From assembly GCA_001782035.1 (NCBI GenBank), contig MFNL01000001.1, forward strand, positions 84,078-148,077: a stretch of 64,000 nt of DNA, written 5' to 3'. Below, piece by piece: positions 56,960 through 64,000 of this stretch. The notes beneath the pieces were generated by a model, which saw only the letters and a program-made list of their open reading frames with translations, did not search any database and was not told the DNA's origin. The DNA is from Candidatus Levybacteria bacterium RIFCSPHIGHO2_01_FULL_37_17 (GTDB lineage Bacteria; Patescibacteriota; Microgenomatia; Levybacterales; UBA12049). The number at the start of each line of letters is the position of its first letter. The stretch's first letter is position 1. The position numbers and the translations under genes were made by a program.

Positions 56960-58241
56960 TTTTTGATATCAATCTAGCTACTTTTTCTCCCAGCTCAACT
57001 GCATAATTTGTTCCCCTATCCCATGGATATACCTGTTCGATATTAGCAAGGTAAACATGTTTTAAAGGAGTTTTGAATGGAGGAATCATTTTCGAATAAT
57101 TAGTTGGAATAATAGGTTGTGCAAATGGAGCTTTGAATAGTTCGTATCCGATAAGATTGTCTTTATAATTTAAATTTATCTTTTTTAGAAATGGGTCAAA
57201 TCTTTCAAGCATCTGCTCTTTAGTCATTGAAAAATACTCATCCGTATGTTCTCTATAATTCCCTAAATATAACAGTCGTTCGTTGTCGTAATTTTCTTTG
57301 TCCATAAAATTTGTGTGCTCCACTATTGCCATAACCGGAGCAGTTTTATCACAAACACTCAACCAGTAAGTTCCATCATTGAAAAACGGCTCTCTGAGTC
57401 TGAGGATCAAATTTGTCGCTCCTAAACCCTTAAGTTTTCCAAGTGTATTTTTATAAGTTTCAGGAAGATTGGAAGCGATTTTTAAAAAAAGAAAAGATGG
57501 TGTTGTTACAATAACCACATCGAAGTTTTCAATTTCCAATTTTGAATTTTTAATGTTTCTGAATTTAATTTGTGGTTTGTTTTCTGAACTAAGTTCTAAA
57601 ATTTCTGTTTCAAATAAAACTTTTCCACCTCGTTCTCTAATTTTTCCGACAATACAGTTTGCGAAATTCAGAAATCCTCCTTTGGGATATGCAAGAGAGG
57701 GGGTTCTTTTTTTAATCCTTGCCCAAAACCAGGAAAGAGAAACGTCATTTATATATTTCCCGAACTTATTTACAAATAGAGGTTTCCAAATAAGGCTATA
57801 AGCTTTTAAACCCATAAGTTTGGGTAAAACAATAGAAGCTTTGTATTTCTCGAGAGTTTTCCAAAACGGATAAAACTTAAAAAACGCGATAACTATGCTC
57901 ATTCTTAACCTACTTATTAATGTGAGCAAGGGAAATTTTAAAACAGAAATTGGAGAATCAAGTTGAAATATTTTGTAATTAACAAGTATAGATGTCTTTG
58001 GCCCTTTTATGATGACTTTGTAATTAATTTCCTTAGCCAAATTTAAAACGCTATAGTCGTTAGTAAACCAGTGGTGGTAGTGTTTTTCCAGCGACCACTT
58101 CCAATTATTTTCTTTATATCCAATTGCAAGACCGCCGGGATTTTGATCTTTCTCAAAAACAGTAACATCGTTACCTTTTTTTACTAATTCATAAGCTGCG
58201 GAAAGGCCGGTAAATCCGGCGCCAATTATTGCTACCTTCAT
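56952..58241 (-). CDS. NAD(P)/FAD-dependent oxidoreductase (amine-oxidase/CrtI-like fold)
   Basis: MKVAIIGAGFTGLSAAYEL dinucleotide-binding N-terminus; 429 aa. Confidence 0.65.
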   Translation of the reverse strand: MKVAIIGAGFTGLSAAYELVKKGNDVTVFEKDQNPGGLAIGYKENNWKWSLEKHYHHWFTNDYSVLNLAKEINYKVIIKGPKTSILVNYKIFQLDSPISVLKFPLLTLISRLRMSIVIAFFKFYPFWKTLEKYKASIVLPKLMGLKAYSLIWKPLFVNKFGKYINDVSLSWFWARIKKRTPSLAYPKGGFLNFANCIVGKIRERGGKVLFETEILELSSENKPQIKFRNIKNSKLEIENFDVVIVTTPSFLFLKIASNLPETYKNTLGKLKGLGATNLILRLREPFFNDGTYWLSVCDKTAPVMAIVEHTNFMDKENYDNERLLYLGNYREHTDEYFSMTKEQMLERFDPFLKKINLNYKDNLIGYELFKAPFAQPIIPTNYSKMIPPFKTPLKHVYLANIEQVYPWDRGTNYAVELGEKVARLISKNA

Positions 58242-58243
58242 AA

Positions 58244-59617
58244 TTAAATAGCTCCCCGGGTCAGAAGGAAGATGAGGCCTCCGAATAGGGTTACTAAGAG
58301 GCCTACAATTGAGAATGTAATTATACTGGAATTGCCCGTTGGAGCAAGGGTAGGCGTTGCAGTTATAACCAGGTTTTGCGCAGGAGCTTGGGTGGGCGTA
58401 GCTGTTAATAAAACTTGCGTTGGCTCTGCGCTAATGCTTAGAGCCGGGGTCGGTGTCGGAGTGGCTGTAATACTTGGCTGAGGTGTAGGAGTAGGAGAAC
58501 CTTTATCTCCTGAAATTTGCGTGCCGGATGCATAAACAGTAAAAGACTGTTTTATAATTTTTATAATACCGGAGGAATCTTTTGTGGTAATTGTTATTGT
58601 ATGCTCTCCGGGAGAAAGATCATTTTGTGGCCTGTAAACCCAATTCCCATTCCCGTCTGCTTTTACTGTTGTTTGAATTTGCTCCTCGGAATTAATAACA
58701 ATTTGTACCTCCTCATTCGGTATAGCAGTCCCTTTAAATTGAGGCTTTTGGTCCGTAAATTCCTGATCTTTTTGAGGGGTCAAAATCTTGGGACCTTCTT
58801 TTGTTGCTTGTCTTATTTCAAAAGGCGGAAAGCCTGATAGTTGTGATGAGGCAGATGCTTGCGGTGCGCTTGCAATAGTAAAGTCATAATCATTTGAAAG
58901 AGTAAAAGTGGGAACCGGATGGGCTTGCAAGCTTGAGAGTTTAACATTTGAAAACATCCCATCCCCGATAGAGAGTAATTTAAAAGAAGTATCAAGTTCC
59001 AGAGCAAAATATGAACTTAAATCTGAGGTTTTTAATGAATTTAGGGGGAGAACGAATGTTCCATCCGGTTTTGTAAGAGTTGAAATAACCTGTGAGCCTT
59101 CCGCCACAACATAAATTAGAGCTTCCTCAGGTGGTATGCCATCTGGTTTAATTACTATTCCACTCATTGGATCTTGCGAAGGAGGTTCGCCTGAGATAAC
59201 CGGACCGGTAGTTACCTCGAAAGGAGAAGAATTATTCGTGTAATTTCCTTTGCCGCTTATAATTACAAAATAATATTTTGTCACAGCAGAAAGATTTCTA
59301 ATTGTAAAATTATGAATCTTACGGGATTCAATTTTACCGAATTCTTGATCTCTATCATCAAGCGCAGACTGTCCTAAATTTGCACTTGTCCCGTAATTTA
59401 TTGCCCCAGTTGTTCTATCATTGGTAAAATATGAAACAGTAAACGATGCGTCTGTAATATTAGATATTCTTACATCCTTGGGCTCTTCGGAGGGCGTTGC
59501 GGATATCGGTAAATAACCTCCTTTTTGCACTAAAAAAGTCGTAGCTCCAATTCCAAGAACAAGAACTAAAATTGCAAAGAGAGTTGGAATTCTTCTATTC
59601 CAGAAACTTTTTTTCAT
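58244..59617 (-). CDS. cell-surface protein: N-terminal TM, Ig/FN3-like repeats, Pro/Thr-rich stalk, C-terminal LAPTG + hydrophobic + basic sorting-signal-like tail
   Basis: The C-terminus ...ATPTLAPTGNSSIITFSIVGLLVTLFGGLIFLLTRGAI matches the LPXTG/LAXTG cell-wall-sorting-signal architecture. Confidence 0.55.
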   Translation of the reverse strand: MKKSFWNRRIPTLFAILVLVLGIGATTFLVQKGGYLPISATPSEEPKDVRISNITDASFTVSYFTNDRTTGAINYGTSANLGQSALDDRDQEFGKIESRKIHNFTIRNLSAVTKYYFVIISGKGNYTNNSSPFEVTTGPVISGEPPSQDPMSGIVIKPDGIPPEEALIYVVAEGSQVISTLTKPDGTFVLPLNSLKTSDLSSYFALELDTSFKLLSIGDGMFSNVKLSSLQAHPVPTFTLSNDYDFTIASAPQASASSQLSGFPPFEIRQATKEGPKILTPQKDQEFTDQKPQFKGTAIPNEEVQIVINSEEQIQTTVKADGNGNWVYRPQNDLSPGEHTITITTKDSSGIIKIIKQSFTVYASGTQISGDKGSPTPTPQPSITATPTPTPALSISAEPTQVLLTATPTQAPAQNLVITATPTLAPTGNSSIITFSIVGLLVTLFGGLIFLLTRGAI

Positions 59618-59919
59618 TACAACAAGCTTCCTCCGGGACTTGCTTGAGCACTCTGGGTGCTTGCAATGGGTGGAGTTGGTTGTAGCTCTAATTCGGCAAT
59701 ACTGTCTTCATTTAATTGATAAGAAGGAGAAACGGAACTTCTTGATTTAAGGTCTGATATAGTTTTTTCATCAAAGTCGGGACTTATCGGTTTAATGCTC
59801 ACGTTTAGCGTGCTTGGGATGGTACTTGTAATAAAACTATGGTAGATATTAAAAATTACCCACAAAACGACTATTAGAAGAGTCGGTATAAGAAATACTA
59901 ATATATCATTTTTTTTCAT
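59617..59919 (-). CDS. small membrane-anchored protein (pilus operon member)
   Basis: 100 aa, one TM, start/stop-coupled to its neighbours. Confidence 0.4.
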   Translation of the reverse strand: MKKNDILVFLIPTLLIVVLWVIFNIYHSFITSTIPSTLNVSIKPISPDFDEKTISDLKSRSSVSPSYQLNEDSIAELELQPTPPIASTQSAQASPGGSLL

Positions 59920-59920
59920 G

Positions 59921-60529
59921 TCATTTTTTAAATATTGCTATCCCCCTAGCAGTCAGTGTTAACGTATTGTTCTCATTTTCCGCCGAAGTTATACTGATAT
60001 CGCTTAAGTCTACAATCCTATCCATTCTTACAGCGCCATTTAAAAATTCTATTAAATTTTCATAACTTCCTTGCATAGAAATATTGAAAGTAAAATAGGA
60101 GAAATCTGCAGAGTCAGAGAAATCGATAGCTTGGATTGATGCAATTGCAAGATTGTTTTCCGTTGCAAGAGCTTGGAGTTGTCCGGTAAGACGCGCAGCC
60201 TCTTCTGTTTTTGGAATCGACGCATAAATGATCGGGAGGTCATTTTTTAGAGTTTCATATTTTGTCTGCAACACCGATAAATTATTTATTTTTTGGTCTA
60301 ACCTTTCTACAACGAAGTTTGCGTCCTCCAATTGCTTTTGAAGGTTTGCAATGGTTGACAATGTGGGGTTTATTGCAAAAATAGCAAGAATCATTATTGC
60401 AATAATTGTGAGCACGATAGTTGTAAACTTTTGTGCTTTTTCCTTCTTAAAATTAGGAAGCAGCTCTAAGTATCTACCATATTGCTCTTTGTTGAATCTT
60501 TTAATTAAACTATTGAATCTGGGTTGCAT
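59921..60529 (-). CDS. PilO-like type IV pilus assembly protein
   Basis: N-terminal TM, then coiled-coil and a C-terminal domain, typical of PilO; 202 aa. Confidence 0.5.
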   Translation of the reverse strand: MQPRFNSLIKRFNKEQYGRYLELLPNFKKEKAQKFTTIVLTIIAIMILAIFAINPTLSTIANLQKQLEDANFVVERLDQKINNLSVLQTKYETLKNDLPIIYASIPKTEEAARLTGQLQALATENNLAIASIQAIDFSDSADFSYFTFNISMQGSYENLIEFLNGAVRMDRIVDLSDISITSAENENNTLTLTARGIAIFKK

Positions 60530-61076
60530 ATTTATTTTGAATTGCCTTTATTTCTGCAGATATACCAACCAAGATAACTGCCTTGTTTGTTTTAGTCTCA
60601 ATTTTGTCGATGCTTATGCTTTCAATATTAGGATTAGATTTTAAAGCAGCAACGAAACTACTTAGTGCAGATACTGAATTTACATTCATTTCCATAGATA
60701 GCGTGTTAGAGGATTTAGAAAGCTGAGTAAATGCAATTCCTTCCGGAGCAAGTTGTAGGATTTCGCTGTAAACGTTTAATTTTTTTTGAGAGCTATCTGC
60801 AAAACTCGCTGCAATGGAAAGTCTATCTTGTAAATTTCTGTACTCCTCCTCGTTTTTCTTAAAAGCCTCAACTATTGCCTGTTTTTGCTTAATCTTTGAA
60901 TGTAAGTCAATTAATTGCTGATCAAGTCCAAAACGCCACAGAAAAGCCCCTAAAGCAACGAGTTCGGTGACAATAACCAAAATTCTACCAATACTAAGAA
61001 GCCAATTTATGACTCTTTCGACTGTCTCTCCCTTGTCGCTTTTTACCAAATTAATAGAGCCAAATTTGTTTGGCAT
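60510..61076 (-). CDS. PilN-like type IV pilus assembly protein
   Basis: Short cytoplasmic N-terminus, TM, then periplasmic coiled coil; 188 aa. Confidence 0.5.
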   Translation of the reverse strand: MPNKFGSINLVKSDKGETVERVINWLLSIGRILVIVTELVALGAFLWRFGLDQQLIDLHSKIKQKQAIVEAFKKNEEEYRNLQDRLSIAASFADSSQKKLNVYSEILQLAPEGIAFTQLSKSSNTLSMEMNVNSVSALSSFVAALKSNPNIESISIDKIETKTNKAVILVGISAEIKAIQNKYATQIQ

Positions 61077-61126
61077 AATAAATTTAGTCTAGGGTAATTT
61101 GTGGCTTTTGTCAAAGCAAAAAAGCT

Positions 61127-61399
61127 TTATTTTTTAGCTTTCGAGGGCTTAGAAGTAGTATTTTTATTTTTTACCAATTTTGAAAGTCTCGATTTGATTC
61201 TTGACGCTTTATTTTTATGAATTATATTTTTTTTCGCTGCTTTATCTGCAATTTTAATAGCTTTTTTAATTGATTCTGCCGTAGGCTTATTTTTTATTTG
61301 TTTTAGGACCTGCTTTAGGGAGTTTCTAATTAAATCGTTTCTTTTTTCACGTAAAATATCTTTTCTTAACTTTTTTTTGGCCGATTTGATAACTGGCAT
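61127..61399 (-). CDS. rpsT: 30S ribosomal protein S20
   Basis: MPVIKSAKKKLRKDILREKRN..., a classic bS20 N-terminus; 90 aa, basic. Confidence 0.85.
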   Translation of the reverse strand: MPVIKSAKKKLRKDILREKRNDLIRNSLKQVLKQIKNKPTAESIKKAIKIADKAAKKNIIHKNKASRIKSRLSKLVKNKNTTSKPSKAKK

Positions 61400-61438
61400 G
61401 CGGGTATTTTAGCATGTTATACTGTATAAAACAATATT

Positions 61439-63106
61439 ATGCCTACTGAATTTTTTAAAAAAAGCTTGGGACTTCTTCTGAAAAGACAAAATAATATACT
61501 CTCGGCTGCAGTAGTAATAATGGGTACCATAATATTTTCACAAATTCTGGGTTTAGTTAGGCAGAGGTTGTTAGTCTCTATTTTCGGCGCCTCTGATACG
61601 CTCGGTATTTATTTAGTCTCAACAAGAATTCCAGAATTCTTATTCCAGCTCATTATTGCAGGAGCCCTAACGTCAGCATTCATACCGGTATTTTCCGACT
61701 ACTTAGCTAAAGACAAAGAGGAAGAAGCGAAAAAAATAGCTTCAACACTTTTATTTTTAAGCCTTATTATTTTTTCTGCAATTTCCGTAATATTAATAAT
61801 ATTTGCAAAAGAAATCTCCTCAATTGTAGCCCCTGGTTTTTCGGTAGCTCAAATAGAGTTAATGGCCAATCTTACCCGTATTATAATTTTGGGCGAAATT
61901 ATTTTTATTGCAGGAAGTTTTTTCTCTGCAATTCTGCAATCCTATAATCATTTTTTTATACCAGGCATAGCTTCTGCTCTGTATAACTTTGGAATAATCT
62001 TAGGAATAATTTTGTTGTATCGTTTTTTTGGGATATATTCAGCAGCATATGGTGTAATACTTGGAGCTTTAATTTTTGTCCTTGCGCAAGTTCCAACTAT
62101 TAGATCTTTAGGATTTGGATTTAGACCCAATTTATCGCTGGAATCGGTAAGAAATTCTGCCGTATGGGATGTCTTTAAGCTTATTTGGCCGCGTACTCTA
62201 TCAATTGCTGTTTTTCAGCTTGGAAGCTTAGTTACCGTTACTTTGGTATCTTTTTTACAAAATCCAGGAAGAAACTATGTTATTTATGATTATGCTCAAA
62301 CGCTGGCATTTGCCCCGGTTGCGCTTTTCGGGCAAGCAATTGCACAAGCAAGTTTCCCAGTTTTATCAAAAGAGAAAGACAATCCACAACATTTTAAACT
62401 TACTTTCATGACTAGCTTCAACCAGCTTTTATATTTAATCCTCCCAATCTCTGTTTTACTTTTGGTTTTGCGAATCCCTATAGTCAGACTAATTTACGGC
62501 GCATCTCAATTTGACTGGGAAGCGACTGTTTTAACCGGCAGAACGCTTTCTTTTTTTGCAATTTCCCTTTTTGCTCAAGCTCTTGTTTATTTGGTTTCAA
62601 GAGGATTTTACGCGCTCCACGATACAAAAACACCACTTATTATTGGTACAATTTCTACATTTTTTATGATAATACTTGCCAGCGTTTTAATTTTTTATTA
62701 TAACCTTGGAGTCGAGTCTATCGCGCTCGCTTACTCAGTGGGTTCTATTTTAAATTTCGTAATAATGTTTGTATTCTTGGATATTAAAATCGGAGGATTT
62801 CCTAAAAAGGAGTTTATAATTAGTACTACAAAAATATTGCTTGCAACTTTTTTCACCGCGTTTGCTTTATATATTCCCATAAAACTCTTAGATCAGCTGG
62901 TTTTCGACACCACAAGAACTGTTAATTTAATTCTTTTAACAGGAATTTCTAGCTTTGCTGGGTTATCTTTATACCTTTTTTTAACTTGGCTCTTCAACGT
63001 AAAAGAAGCGACCATGTTTGTTTTACTTTTCAGAAAAATTGGAGATTGGCGCCAAATCCTATCAAAATCCTCAGAGCCAATTGACGCAAACAGATTAAAC
63101 CCATAG
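61439..63106 (+). CDS. murJ: lipid II flippase MurJ/MviN
   Basis: 555 aa, 14 TM, N-terminus AAVVIMGTIIFSQILGLVRQRLL typical of MurJ. Confidence 0.8.
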   Translation: MPTEFFKKSLGLLLKRQNNILSAAVVIMGTIIFSQILGLVRQRLLVSIFGASDTLGIYLVSTRIPEFLFQLIIAGALTSAFIPVFSDYLAKDKEEEAKKIASTLLFLSLIIFSAISVILIIFAKEISSIVAPGFSVAQIELMANLTRIIILGEIIFIAGSFFSAILQSYNHFFIPGIASALYNFGIILGIILLYRFFGIYSAAYGVILGALIFVLAQVPTIRSLGFGFRPNLSLESVRNSAVWDVFKLIWPRTLSIAVFQLGSLVTVTLVSFLQNPGRNYVIYDYAQTLAFAPVALFGQAIAQASFPVLSKEKDNPQHFKLTFMTSFNQLLYLILPISVLLLVLRIPIVRLIYGASQFDWEATVLTGRTLSFFAISLFAQALVYLVSRGFYALHDTKTPLIIGTISTFFMIILASVLIFYYNLGVESIALAYSVGSILNFVIMFVFLDIKIGGFPKKEFIISTTKILLATFFTAFALYIPIKLLDQLVFDTTRTVNLILLTGISSFAGLSLYLFLTWLFNVKEATMFVLLFRKIGDWRQILSKSSEPIDANRLNP

Positions 63107-63117
63107 AATACTCTTTA

Positions 63118-64000
63118 ATGCAAAAAGATAATATCCGCAATTTTGCAATCATTGCACATGTTGACCATGGAAAGTCTACCTTGGCCGACAGATTTTTAGA
63201 AATTACTAAAACAATCTCAAAAGATAAATTAAGAGAACAATTTTTGGATCAAAATCCAATTTCACGGGAAAGGGGAATCACAATAAAACTTGCTCCTGTA
63301 AGAATGGAATTCAATTATATAGAAAAGGTATACACCTTAAACTTAATAGATACTCCAGGACATATGGATTTTACTTATGAAGTTTCCCGAACGCTTGCTG
63401 CATGCGAAGGTGCAATTCTTTTGGTCGATGCGACTAAAGGGGTTCAGGCTCAAACTCTTGCTCATTTTAACTCGGCAAAAACTGAAAATCTTACTATTAT
63501 TCCTGCAATAAACAAAATTGATTCAAATTTTGCAAATGTAAATCAGACGGAAAAGCAACTTGGGGAAATGTTTGGTTTTAGAAAGGAAGAAATTATACAT
63601 GTTTCTGCAAAAACAGGGGAAGGCGTGGAGCAGCTATTGCAGTCTGTTATTAAAAAAGTTCCGCCTCCCAATATATATGAAGGGAGTTTATCGGCTCTTA
63701 TTTTTGACGCAGTATATGATGAGCATAGGGGAGTAATAATTTTCGTAAAACTTGCCGGAGGCAGCGTTAAAAAAGGAGACAAAATAGAATTTTTGCAGGA
63801 GAAAACAGTTTCCGATGTTTTAGAAGTAGGCTTTTTTGCTCCGGGTTTAATAAAAAAAGAAGAACTTACAGCTGGTGAAATTGGATATATTGTCACTGGT
63901 TTAAAAGACATAAAAAGGACAAGAATAGGAGATACAGTTATTCTTTCAAACCTTAACAATTTAAATCTAAAGCCATTTGCAGGCTACAATGTTCCCAAGC
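63118..64000 (+). CDS. lepA: elongation factor 4 (LepA), 3' truncated by the window edge
   Basis: IRNFAIIAHVDHGKSTLADRFLE G1 motif, DTPGHMDF G3. The track has no stop for this ORF; the minus-strand ORF 63543..63959 is a shadow. Confidence 0.85.
   Translation, partial: MQKDNIRNFAIIAHVDHGKSTLADRFLEITKTISKDKLREQFLDQNPISRERGITIKLAPVRMEFNYIEKVYTLNLIDTPGHMDFTYEVSRTLAACEGAILLVDATKGVQAQTLAHFNSAKTENLTIIPAINKIDSNFANVNQTEKQLGEMFGFRKEEIIHVSAKTGEGVEQLLQSVIKKVPPPNIYEGSLSALIFDAVYDEHRGVIIFVKLAGGSVKKGDKIEFLQEKTVSDVLEVGFFAPGLIKKEELTAGEIGYIVTGLKDIKRTRIGDTVILSNLNNLNLKPFAGYNVPK

Noticed and set aside
63543-63959. 138-aa minus-strand ORF
   Set aside because: It lies entirely inside the well-supported lepA coding region on the opposite strand.

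Overview
This is an AT-rich, gene-dense bacterial segment with short genes and many leaderless transcripts (a -10 box of TATAAT 5-10 nt before the start codon). The gene content and architecture suggest a reduced-genome, Patescibacteria/CPR-like organism; this is inference only. The window opens with the origin-proximal block rnpA(partial)-yidD-yidC-jag. Housekeeping genes follow: rnhA, nth-like, valS, rplY, ruvCAB, a P-type ATPase, comM, purA, dnaG, rpoD, tpiA, pcrA, rpsT, murJ and lepA (partial). The central part (~23-48.6 kb) reads as accessory or stress-related. It contains a run of minus-strand detox/stress genes (VOC, DUF1428, 2-hydroxyacid dehydrogenase, peptidase E, cupin, RidA, cupredoxin, esterase), each preceded by a recurrent GGCAAATAGAAGGCAAAA element. 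A tRNA-Asn(GTT) is followed by a compositionally distinct island of small unknown proteins carrying conserved 3' repeats. Then come a complete CsoR-controlled copper export operon (csoR, an unannotated YHS ORF, a CPH-type P1B-ATPase, a permease-cupredoxin fusion, copZ) with a perfect operator palindrome, a nickel superoxide dismutase with its maturation protease, and an RnfD/NqrB-like-FNR fusion oxidoreductase. The 3' part encodes cell-envelope functions: an LCP protein, two large GT-C-like membrane proteins, an FAD oxidoreductase, and a pilN/pilO-like operon with a large surface protein carrying a LAPTG sortase-type signal. No CRISPR array, rRNA, transposase or integrase was seen.
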